64,000 bases of DNA from Tubulanus polymorphus (taxonomy: Eukaryota; Animalia; Nemertea): assembly GCF_964204645.1 (NCBI RefSeq), contig NC_134030.1, positions 8,893,222 through 8,957,221 on the forward strand, written 5' to 3'. How positions within the stretch are numbered: the stretch's first letter is position 1; each line of letters opens with the position of its first letter. Shown here piece after piece: positions 34,681 through 47,900 of this stretch. Made by a program: the position numbers and the translations under genes. The notes below the pieces were generated by a model. It was given only the letters and a program-made list of their open reading frames with translations, was not told the DNA's origin and searched no databases.

Positions 34681-37600
34681 CTTGAATACTATCAATAATT
34701 CGTAAAGAATATGAATTTATGGTCCTATCGTTAGAAAAGTCTTGAAATAATATAAAATCCCCAAAAGAAACGACAAGACACCAGAGCAATGAGAAAAGAC
34801 AAAGACCAACAAGAAACAAGAAATGTTTTTTAAAATTTTTTGGTTAATTTAATAAAATCATACAATATACACTGACACATATCTTTGTTTACTAAAATTG
34901 AAACATCGTTTTATACAAATGATGCAGAAGCTATTATCATTAAATACAAAAAATTTCAATTGCAAAACCAGAAGAATTGGTGGCTCGAGTATCTGTCCAA
35001 AATATTTTAGGGTCTTTCAATGTCTAATGATGCAAACTTTTGGTACAGTACACATATCTGACCAAAACAATGAAATTACAACATCCTCGAACATTTGGTC
35101 TCTTTTACTTGTATAAGACACATCAAATCAAGATAATAAATAGACCGATGAATAATGAAATTGATGCTTTAGGAAGTATCAGGACTTTCTAATCGTTATT
35201 CTCTAGGAACTCTACGAGATGCAATTTGTTTCCTAAAATGTTTGCTACGCGCTGTTGACCACAATAATATAAAGCAGAGCGCAACTACAAAGCGAAATCC
35301 CAATCCACAGCCCCGACACTGGCCACACACGCAGCGAGCTCAAGGCAACAAAGTAAAATATTCAGCCTACTTAAGCAGACCCCACACCCCCATCTTATAG
35401 GAAAAGGGAGCGATGAAGACCTAAATGGAACTTTAATTCGTGTTCAATTTCCATATTTAGTTAACTAAAAATGTATGCCTATTTTATACCTGGCCTGTTT
35501 ACTGGAGGCATATTACACATGAATACGCACATTCCATACATTACTTGGCACAGTGAATTCATAAGGGCCGACGTGGAGACAAGAGCTTGAAACTCGTGTC
35601 ATCGGGCAGCCCATTATCTATAACATCGCGTAATTTTCACCAGTAAGCGTTATTATCCAAAACAACAAAGAGCCGGGTTTATAGAATCTAGATACACTTC
35701 TTGCAGTTCAAGATGGTAAACCCTGTTTCGTGTAAAAAACCGAGCACTGTCACCCTGGAACGACACAGCTGTGTGAACGTAGGCTTATCCATAAGCGAGA
35801 TCTTTTCACAGTTCCACGCATTAAACTTAACGCGGTTAAGGGATTACCAGGGATAATCGGCCAGATATTCATCGATCAACAATGTCATTAATCACACCCA
35901 ACCCACTACAACAATGCCGATTATTGGCTCATTTTTACAACAGTCAGCGAGAATATTTAACACCTAACTAATATATACCATCTAATGGCCAGTGTTTTAT
36001 TCATTGCGGTCAACAACAGCCATATTGCTCGATAAAATCTGACAGCAAATTTTTCATGAAATCGATTTTTTTTATTTTGTAGCTACCGCTGTTCAATTCA
36101 TTGCGTCGAGGAGCAAACCAGTGCCCAATTGACGCGTACATCGTCTCAAGGAAGCGAGGAGTTCGTTGAGAGTGTTACAGTTGTCGAGATTACGAGATCG
36201 GCACACGAACACGTGCGCGCGGCTCTCGTTATCTTTCATTCGAACCATAACCGCGTGCCTTTCGTGGTGGTAATCCAGCTACATAAGCCGCGATCACAAG
36301 TAGACGATTTGGCACGAGCCAAATTTGGCCCGGGCCAAAAACGCTCGTGTGACCGTGGCTATAATCATTCCGTTCCTAAAGCAGAAAAAAGTACCCGATC
36401 AAGAGCGTAAATTATCGTTGCCGTAAAACAGTACAATTTCATAAATTTCAGTGATGTGATCTAACTGTTACGAGACAAACTATATACCGAACGGGATGGA
36501 AATACAAGCATCACTGATCAATGCGTATGAATACAATCTGATGAAGACGGGTGGTGGAAAATTAAAATTCAACTACGACAACTCTTTATGTATACACATA
36601 TTTATACCGGTTATGTAACATGAAATTACGTACATGCGTATGAGGAATAAATTTGTACAACCAACCAGAATGTTCATTCGTTACGAGAAAACAAGAATGA
36701 CGTCTTCAGATAAAACAAACAGCTACGCTCACTTCATTTAACAATGTTAGCCGAATCGATCAAGAAAAATCGCGCTGAAATGATTCATTTTCCTCACAGC
36801 GTCCGCACATCGAGTGACAATTAAACAAGCCCTATGTATCTTGACAATATGACATCGATAAACGCACCGACGGTTTATACACGTGATTCGTATATATGAA
36901 TTTCAATCAGCAATGAATTTGATTGTATACATTCTTAGCCGCGTGTTCACGCATTAAAAAGCCGTTAACACCTTATACAATAAAAACCTAAAACATAATA
37001 ATAATAATCATAATCACATCAACAATTTCTCTAAAGTTTAAGAAACTAATAAATGGTTTCGGGTAAAAAAAAGTAAAACAAATCTCATTTTGAATATCTG
37101 CGCATCGATTGGCATTTTTGATTTGGTGGTTTTTAAACTGCTCGTCGCAGATGCAAAATTTTCCGACGTAAATGATTGACATGGTGTATGCACTAGAATA
37201 CAGACACTAATCTCACATCGAATATAGTCATCATCATTAAGGATTGTTATTGTCATCATTGTTACTATCATTACCGTTATAACTACTACCGTTAATACGG
37301 TCACGGTCACAGGAATGACGAAAAGACGAATTCAGTTAAAGAGCGTACGAGATGTAGAAATGACAAAAAATAACAGTCGCAAGAAAGAGCTAGCCTACGG
37401 GGGTGCTCGGCAGTGACGAGAGCTCGAGCTTCCTATTCAGAAGGAAGAGACACGATTTTGTAGGCGATTTCAATCGATTTTAAAACATACATCAGTATAA
37501 CATAGAGCTTACAAATAGTGGATATAGTTAATATTCAATAATATAATCAATACACACAATACATTGTTTATCATTTGCGGTGTATATCAATACGAAGGGT

Positions 37601-37875
37601 AATAACATATCAAAAGCTATCGAGTACGCGATGAGGCCGAACGGGCGAGTCTTTGATCAAAACTGGTCGTAATAATTTTGATTAAATGCGATGGTGTATA
37701 TATGAATATACTTGAAAAGATTTTTCGTATTATTTCCTCGTCGCGGTAGTTAAATAGCTACTACAATTCGAATTAGAAAAAAAAAAAATTGGCGACGATA
37801 TTCGTCATCGTTAAACACGAGAATTAGATATCACGGTACACACATGTTAGCTCAATTCAAACAGCGACAGTTGTA

Positions 37876-37916
<41 letters not shown>

Positions 37917-38944
37917 GAGTTATACATCGATAATAATGATTACAATAATTCTATAGAATCATCGGTTTATTCGTTTTTAATTATTCATCATTATTCGTTA
38001 ATTACGTTATCAATATCTTTACTTATATTATCGTAGAACTGCGGGACATAGTGTTTCGATCAAAGGAACATCTCGGCAGACGGTTCCGTTTGTCCTAGTA
38101 CTCTGTTTGTATATACATACGCGTAACGTCGGCTGGGGACGATGGATAGAAATTTAGCAGAAAAAGCCGGCGACAGAATTTCACCAGTGACGAGAATAAA
38201 ATCACGTGCGTTCTATTTTTCACTTATGAAGAGTATTTTTGGTTATATGTACACCATCAGGACAGAACTGGTCCTTAAAAATGTGAAACTACGGAGAGAT
38301 TTCTCAAAAACGCCCCCCCCCCCCCCATCTTAGGGCGCAGTAAATATTCACTATGTATGGAACCACTTTTTCCAACGTACGGCAATTTGGTTGAAACTGG
38401 CTGAGAAAATACAAATGAAACATCGATAACATTGTTTTATCATTATCTGCAAATTAATCGCTGGTTTTAAGCTAGACTTTTCATTTGATGGCAAGCCATT
38501 TACGTCGAGCCGTTAGCTGGAAAAAATGGTTGACATAAGACCGACGATCTCCATCTTAGTAGAAGCGACGTTCGTGTACAGATTCACACATTTTAAGTAC
38601 GCATTCGATCGAGCTGCTCAAATAACGGAATAGTGCAGCCTCGAATGAACTTCCATCGGCTCGAACAAGCCGATAACCGGAAACGACATGGAGTCAGATG
38701 ATGAATTCGTTTCTATAAAGTGCATGCGAAAATTGTCGACGAAAAACAAGTTGATAAAACGCACACGACGTAGTTTTACTGCACGCCGAGAGTTCTGACC
38801 AATCGCGGGAGGAGGAACTGCAATCTGACAATAACGGTCTCGATGAAGATTATTATAAATCTAACAACATCGCTCGATGAAAACTAAAGCGCTCAAATTC
38901 TCGCGTCGTTGTTCGCCGTTGTTGCACAAGCACGCACGCGCAGC

Positions 38945-41900
38945 TTACGCCGTTGCCGTCTCGAAGTATTTATACGTCGGATTTTCGTATCCATTCATTT
39001 GCATATTGGCGACGTGTCGTTCTTCCGGCGAGCTCGTCGATGCTGGCGGCGGCTGGTCGACCTCGACGAAGCCGGTGTTGGTCGGCGTGCGAGTGATCTT
39101 CTTGCGTAGGACGACGAGCGTTATGACGATTATCGCGAAAACGGAAACGCTGCCGATGGCGATGCCGAACGAACTTCCCTGGTGACTGGAGGCCACGATC
39201 TGCGATTTGTGGTTCGACGACGACTGTACAGACTGCGTGAAAAGTAAGAGAGAAAATAAGATATTAGATTTGTAATTAGATCATCTGCAGATACATTTAT
39301 CATAAGCTACTTATAAATTTTTTGTTGTTGTAACATCTTTAAGGTGATATATACCACAAGCTTGTTTTTTTTATATGTCCCCTGCTGTTTATTTATAACA
39401 TCATTTAATGTACAACTCTTTGTAATTATTTTATCATATTTTTCCAGCTCTAACATTTAATTTGTGTATCTCAATATAATCTACAGGAAATAAAGATTTA
39501 TTTGTAGAAAGAAATCGAGCATAAATAGATTAAATCAATTCTTAACCATTGCGAGATGGTAATAAAATCATATGATTGGAACCCATGTATCTTGACTGCA
39601 GAGCTTTTGTAAAGTGGTTCTTATCCCTGTACCCAGGTTTAGGCTCGAATGTCCATTAAAGATCTAGAATGAATTAACGCTATCTATACTGTTGAAACGT
39701 AAAATCGCCAGTAGAATTGTTTCCAGTAACTGAGATAATAACAAATGCTGTGAAAACAAAGGCAATCCTTGATTGATTTCAACCCGATTGATTATTGGAT
39801 TCTTCTTTACCGAAACTAAAGAATAAATTCTGTTGGTAACCTCCACAATGTATCCGACATACATAGAATAACTTGAAGTTCTGATACTGCGCACAAAACA
39901 AACCAAACAAAGATATCCTTAATCAATGTAAAATGTACACGCATACAAAATATTATGATCAAGTCAAATCTATCAAAATAGGTCAACGATCTAAACTTAG
40001 TGAAATTGCTTACCTATTTAATAGCTTGATAATTGTATAAATTTTCATTAGCTGATAAGATTGAAGTAGAGGACGCTAGTGGCACAACTGTTGATTAAGT
40101 TGATTTATCCATTCGAAGTAAGATTTAACTCATAACTCTCAAGCTATACCGACCCCAATTTTATGTACGTACTAGAAGCAACTAACCCAACAGAAAATCT
40201 TTTGATTTATCTCAATTTTTCTCAAAATTAATGGTAATAGTAATAGTGATAGTATAAATCTACTTTCTATAGCGCCCTTTTCACTGTGATACTATGTTCA
40301 ACGGCACTTTCTATTAAGTCGGTATTATTACCCCCAGCTTGTAACTCTATAAACCATTTATCAGTCATCTCTCCCTGGGGAGAAGTAACATCCGGCCAAC
40401 TACTGGCGCTCAGGAATCAACACACAACCTGGCTTCCTAGAGTTGAACGCAGAAATAACTGTCAAACTTGACGTAGTAGGAATACGCACCTGTTCCAGTG
40501 ATTGCGGGTCTCTCATATGATTTGAGTGTTTGATATCTTTCTGAATATGTACGTATGGAATGTGTTCATCCTCGTCGGTTTCCGGGTCGAATTTTACTTG
40601 TCGCGGCGCGCTCGGTTGGATAATTTCGACTCGCGGAGCCGGGTCCTCGTCTTCGTCGCTGATCAATGGCTGTTTCTTGGATGATTCTTTCGCCGGAGCT
40701 GGCTTCTTCTTTTTCTCGACTGGTTTTTTCGCTGATAGAACAAAACAGTTATAAATGGTTTCACAAACTTATCTTAGTAAGCATTTAACAGGGGATAGTC
40801 GGATATTGATCAATAGAATCCATTTTAATCATTGAGAGAAACCCACAACATCAATTAAAACAACCGTTATTGTTTCTTTCTCATATTTCGGGTGAGAGTT
40901 TATTTCATAATGAGGTATAGCTACTATTGTAGGGGGTCGCTTAGTGACACCAGGAACTTCCCTTGAATAGATATTAACACAGGGTAGGACAAAATCATAT
41001 GACGGTTACAACTGAAGAGAAAAACCAGGACTTATATTAACAGCATTTCTACAATTTGGAATAAGGTGTCTACGCCTTATATTAGTGTTGGCACAAGGAT
41101 AAAGAATTTTACTGTTTTCAAAGTCAAAACGATGATATAAATAAGGAATAACAGTTGTTTGAATTGATATTGTTGATATTCATCACGACTGAAAAATGGC
41201 AATTATTTTAATTACAATCTATCTACCTTTAGGTTTTTCAGGTTGTGGTTTAACTTCGGGTTTCGGTTCTTTCGGCTGAGGTAACGGCATCGACATGATA
41301 TCCTTAATCGACTCTTCAACGCTTCGGTACGTCTTCATAAATTCCTCTGCAACAAAAATGCGTGAGAAATGGTCATCTTCTATCTTATAATATAGTTATT
41401 TCCAAAATCCCGATCTACTAAATAAGACAGCCAACACAATCAACCCCAATCAGTTGTTTACTGGTTCAGGCTGGTTGGAAGATTATTTAAATGAACCGGA
41501 ACCAAAATTTCAAATTAAGTACTTCGATTTCCACCTAAGTCTGTAAATTTGACCCCCGATCGCACTACTATCTATATCAGTACTTAGATTTCCGATTTCA
41601 AAATCAATCCCCCTGTTTCATTCCCAGCAAGTGTGACGAGTTTGTAAGGGACACCAAATCAGACAAATGAGACCAAATCTACCAATCAAATAAATAACAG
41701 GGTCAATCCCTAGTTCAAGATCAACAAAACCTAGCCAATGTAGTTATTCGCTTCATGATAGATTAATGCTTCGTTATTATTCTTCTAGCAGTCATGATCC
41801 GCCTAAAAATCTGAACCCGTGCCAGGGCAGTGCTGCCACCTTCGTTGAAAAATTGATCGAAACATAGACCATTATAATGCTGTCACACACAAGCTTCCAT

Positions 41901-44900
41901 AACCACGAATATGATGATGACGTACACGTGAATGATGATGCATTTGGATGAGTAAACCACAAGGATTGATCAAGCATGCATCAATTTCAATGAAGGGGCA
42001 ATTTCATCTTCTTAGCAATTTCAACTCGAGTTTACACCCTCATTTTTTCACCAATAAATGATGACACGACTTTTCAGTGATGGGTAAAACGAAACAAAAA
42101 TTCAGAACTTATCGAAATGATTATAATCAAGATCACCAATACGTAGAAAATGTAAAATTCCAAACCTGAAATGACTTAATGGGATATATGAAATGCGTGT
42201 ATGAGCATGACGCGAAGAATATCATGAACGCTAGCGTATAAAAACTACAAGACACCAGCAACTCGTGAGCCAGTATGAGAATATCTTACCAGTGAAATTA
42301 AATCTTTTCACTAGACATAAATAAAAACATAGAGAGAAATGAACATGGAACAAATGACAACAGTGATAATCGGCACGCTATATTCTTGTTGTATTAGTTC
42401 AGGATTAGAATTGCCCGGCGTGGAAAATTCTGCGCCATCAATAACTGATCAGAGGAAATGGCGTGGCGGCATAAACTGAAGCTTTGCCGAACGAATTGAA
42501 ATCATCGCATTCCACTGGCATACGCGAATACAAGCGCAGTATGTGCATACGCGAATACAAGCGCAGTATGCGCACATGTGAAGTAGTATACTTACTAATT
42601 TGGATGGTAATTTTCTCGCGGAGTTGCGGGACTCGCTGTAACATCTGCATCGACTGCTCGATACGCTTGTCGATAACGTTCAGGTGTTCACGGATGTCGG
42701 CGTATAAACGTTCGGCCTCTTCGGGGTCGACCTCGCGCACGTGTTCAAAGTGGTTGATGGTGTGAATGCGGTCCTTCTGTTCGGCGCGGATGTAGTGTTC
42801 CAGTGCACGAGTAATAGCATGAGGCTGTAACGTTAATAGATATCATGTTAGCAGTAATTAAACCATCCAAGACATTGATTTAAGTCTTGAATATTTCATT
42901 CAATTAATCCTTTTGTTGCTGACTAATTAATACCCGAAAATGCTGGATATAATTTGAAAGTTAAGAAAATATCCACACTAGTGTGTTGAATAGCGGGCAT
43001 ACTGCTTTAGTGCGTTTTACGCAGCTGTGCGGTGCATTGTTAGTTACTAACGTTTCACTTTGGGGTCCTGCCATCTTTTAATACAGATAAAAACTAATTA
43101 CTAATAAAATCAATACACCGCAGTGCCATGAACTAGCAAAGTCCATCACCGATTTATACACCACGCTGTGGAGCAGATGCAATGAAAGGGTTAATTAAAA
43201 AATAGAGATCATAGTTGGGGGGTAAAGATACATCTATGACATGGGGCTGGTTTCACAGACTAGTTTAGACTTTAGCCTCGGAGTTTGAAGTTAACCACTG
43301 GGTAAAAACCAGTCTATAAAACCGGCCATATATGCTAAGTGGGCAAAGTGTACTCTACTAACCTGTGGGTCCACCATTTTCAATTGTTTGATGTATTCGT
43401 CCATAGTTTTCCTCTTTTGCTTGTTGAGGTTGGCCTGAACGTGTTGCTGATGAATGGCAACCAGTTGACGTTTTCTGGCAGCGCCGTCTTGTTCCATTGC
43501 TTGGTACATTTTCTGGAAACGCTGTGGAACGAACAAAAAAAGAATAAATACATTTCATTCCTTTATTGGGTACAATTTCATCAGATATTTCGTTTTGACT
43601 CCATATATGCAACTATGAACACACAATATCGGTTCGGCGCTCGCTGCAGGCAGTTTCTTTTTTTACGGAAAATTCACTCCGACAACAATCAGCGTCTGCT
43701 AGTCTGCGATGACTCATATGGTCACGACTGCGAAGAATAACCTCATTTTACCAATCAGTCGCATGACAAACTCAATCTTTTCCGCCAACCTGATTCATCC
43801 CCGATAAATCAGTCTGTCGCCTTCTTTAAGACATTGTCGAATACCCGATGCGACGAACGCAAAAAGGCAAATTGTTTTTGTTACGCGAACGCTACTGACT
43901 GTAGTTGGGTGCATGAATACTAGTTACCCCTTCTATTCGTCAATCTACAGACTGGGATTAGATCTAAACCTTTTGATGTGGCTTTTATAACAGCCACAAT
44001 ATAGGGCATAGAATAGAAAATATATCATTCTCTGTACATGTACATATTTTCCTACTCTTTTTTTCACACCAAGTGGATGATGACTATGAAACAAAATTAT
44101 GATTAGTCGCTAATGACAGCCTTCTCACTTTCGATGAACTCACAATCAAAACTAACTGTCATTACGCTTGGTAGCTCTTTTGAAACAGAACCCTGGACGA
44201 GAAAAGGTAACTACATGTACTGGCAATGTGATTCAGGGGTGACTGGGGATATTTTCAAGGTCACGAACATTAATTATTAACATGCAAGGCCACAAAATGC
44301 TTTATCCATGTATATGAAAAGGAGCAGAGGGACTAATTTTTTACCGAGTCAGGTCTGCTACTAGTTAATCATGTATAGAATGATGGTCTCTGGTGGTTGC
44401 GTTATGTATAGAAATGGCTTAAAGAAAGAAACAACAAGCATACCTCGGTGATCTCCATGTTTAGTTTGTCAGCCGCTTTTCGGTCGTTCGATCTTAGCTG
44501 TTCAACGTGTTCACGTGCCGAGTTCCAATCTTTCATCATCTGTTTGAAAAGAAAGTATAGCCTTGATGAAAATCAGTTGATTCAATTTTATCGGTTCGAT
44601 TATCGGTTGCATATAAATATTCTAAAATTGCTAGAAATATTCTAGAATTGTCTGGTTGAACAGTTTCAGAGAAACCAAATGGACTTAGTATCAATCAACA
44701 GGCTTGAGGCTGTTCCTCATTGCATAACAGCTAATTCACAATTCAAGGACCAGCTTTCTATTAGTATTGATTCGTAACCTTAACCTAGTTGATAATCCCG
44801 TGTTAAAAATGAGGTTCAAGGACGTAATTTAAGCATAATTTGGTTGATTTCAAGTACAGTGGGTAACTCTATACCCTCAATTGGATTTCTTACTGCAGAA

Positions 44901-47900
44901 TGAAACTAGTTATAGAATCTGGTGTCGATATGGTCTTGTCACCTTACTAATGATATTAGAAAACCAAATCCGAGCTACCTGCCGTACTTGAAATCAGTTC
45001 AATAACATGGTTCATACAGTCAATTGCGCACGGACTCATGAAAACATGACTCGAAATGCCACTTCTTGTTTGCACTTGCTTCCGCCAAACAAAAAAACGG
45101 ATGTGATTTTTTAGTTGGGAACATGTTTTTCAGCTACAGTGCATGTCTGGCTTCAGTGTTATATGCCCATACAGTAGACACCCTGGACTGTTCTACCGAT
45201 ACTATATACACATATCCTAGATATTGAAATTTCATCGACCGCTGCATCTACGTACCCTAGTTATCTTCTCATGATGAGAATTCATCCATGTTTTCATTGC
45301 AGCCTTGAATCGTTCGTGTTCGTTCAGTTGATGGTTTGGATCTTCGCTGAAGTGTAAATACGCCGTATACGCGTCCTCTTTCTCCGGATGCGGGTCGGCT
45401 TTCTTAACGGTTTTCTCCGGTTTAGCGGCCATCGGCGGTTTCTTTGCTTTCTCCACGTTCTCATCGCTTCCTTCGGAGGATATCGCCTTTTGCACGGGCA
45501 TCGTAGCTGCAATCAGATTGAAATGTGAAACTGTTTATCAACCCAGTCAGTAATAATACCCAAAAGTACTGGAGATTATTTGAAAATTCCATCCCAGTGC
45601 AGTGTATAACAAGTACCACGCTATTGTGAATTTACACTTTGGTGCGTCGTATGGTTACTAATATTTCATTGTTTGGAAGTTGTTGCCATCTATCAATTGA
45701 GATAAAAAAAACTAATTACTAAGTACATTGATGTTCTAGCAAAGGCTATCAATGATTTATACATGGCACTGCGGTGTAGACACACTGAAAGGGTTAAGTA
45801 CATGATAAATATATACAATTTATGATATATTCTGGACTGCTAGGTCTATTAGCCACAATACGGGTTATAGGCCTAACGTTCGTTACCAGAAGTAGGTATC
45901 AGTTTTCGCATCAGCCAACTACATTTCAATGAAAATCCGTCGGTTCAAGTAAGCATTTTCTAAAAAAATTGGGAAATCTTGGAAAAGGTGAGTGCGTGTA
46001 TAGTTTTTGAGAAAATGCTTACTGGAAACTTGAACCGACGGATTTTCATTGAAATATAGTTGGTTGACGCGAAAACTGATACCTACTTCCGGTAACGAAC
46101 GTTAGGCCTATAACCAGTATTGGTAATAAGGTAGAAAATTTTCAATCTTATGGTTTGGCTCTGCAGGCCTTAAACAACAAAGACAAGTGACAGCAAATCA
46201 CGCGGCACTTGCCGTAGCGAGAAATGTTCGGCGCTCAGTGAGGTGAGATATGAACCGAACAAAGAAACTGTTTGTCAGCGATAAGACGTCCCTGGAAAAT
46301 CAAATTAACAGAACACCGGTTTCCCGGTATAAGATCAGGTGTATTTCCTTAAACAAGAAGATGTTTTCGCCTTTTGAATAAATCTCATCTGCTGTGTCAA
46401 CTTTTGTTTCCAAGCGGGAAGCATTAAGAAAAACAGCTTTTCCCCCAGGTAAGCGAAGGCAAACATTCACGACCTCAGATTGTCACCAAGCATATTTTGC
46501 GAAACGATTCCGTCGCCTTTTTCGAAACGTTCAACATTGGGCTGACCATGTCACGGAACAAACGGACCTATTTTACTGGCCCATCTTGTTCCGGATAGGC
46601 GACAGGCCTTGAAGGACAATCAGTCCAATAGGTGGCAATTAGTTGCCATAGTAACGCTCATCTGGGACGTTCGAGTGTCCATCAGACGCCATGGAAACAA
46701 TTCTAGAGCGGCAACAGTTATGACTGTTACCGTTAAACGCACGCATATGCCGGCTGCGTCCGAATCGACAGACGGGCAATAATTAATCGTCGGCTATTAC
46801 CGATGTTGATTTAACGCAGCAGCACTCGAGAGCACCGCGGCGGCGGCGGCAAGTGGAGAATATACGAGCCCGCGCCAATATCATCAACACGCGATTTACT
46901 TATTACAATAGCGACAGGAGGAACCGTCGTTCGTAAGCAATTTATGCACAACCAATTTTGACGAAGACACGTCGGTATCAAGTTTGAAAAAGAAGTTCTT
47001 AACCCATTCAGTGTGTCTACTCTCCGGTGCAGTGTATAAATCGGCGAAGTTAGCTAGTACACCGCATTGCGGTGTTTTGATGCTATTCGTAATTAGTTCT
47101 AATCTGTAGTGGAAGTTGGCAACAACTGACAATCATAGTGAAATATAAAGCCCAACGCACACGGCACCGAAAAAACGTTTTTTCATAGTGAAAAAACGTT
47201 TTCGATTGTTTTTTGTTATGCAGTGTGCGGGGAAGCAAATCAAAAAACGCCGAACTGAAGAACGTTTTCCCCGAGAAAAAAAGGTTTTCTGAAAAACGTG
47301 TTTCTGTTTCGGCGAAAGAAACGTTTTGCCGTGTGCGTTGGGCTTTAGTAACTAACAATACACCGCACCAAAGTGTAAATGCACGTAAGCTGTATGCCTG
47401 TTATTCAACACACTGGATTGGAATTTTAAAAACTTTTCAAATCATCTCCAGCACTTTCGGTTATTATTAGTAAGTCAGCACTTGGGCGTTGATTTTATAT
47501 CTATCATAAAATCTCGGCTCATCAGATGCCGACTAAAAAGCTCGTTGACTGATGAAACTGAAAACGGTGTTTCACATCGAGATTGATCTTTGTCGTCGTC
47601 TGATGGGCAGATGGGTCTCCGAAAGAACAATCGTTGCCGCGGTAACCATGTACTGCGTGTTCGCGATAAGTGTCACGTTCAAACAAAAAGCAGCCACTTT
47701 CAGCCGGGTGAACAATTTAATTAAGAATGACGCAGGTTGGCGAGGCTTCATTTCAGAGAAAACGCGAGACTTACTAAAGAGATCGTATAAATAATCTGTG
47801 TATTTAAAGTTCTGTGAATATGAAGTTAATCAATGTGAGTGTCAGTATAGAGTCGCTCAGAATAAATTCAGATAAAAAAGTTATTAATCTTTCCCGTGTT

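Noticed and set aside
40014-40051. Second small APP exon (AG...GTAAGC)
   Set aside because: 38 nt, frame-shifting in a phase-0 intron, with a weak pyrimidine tract.
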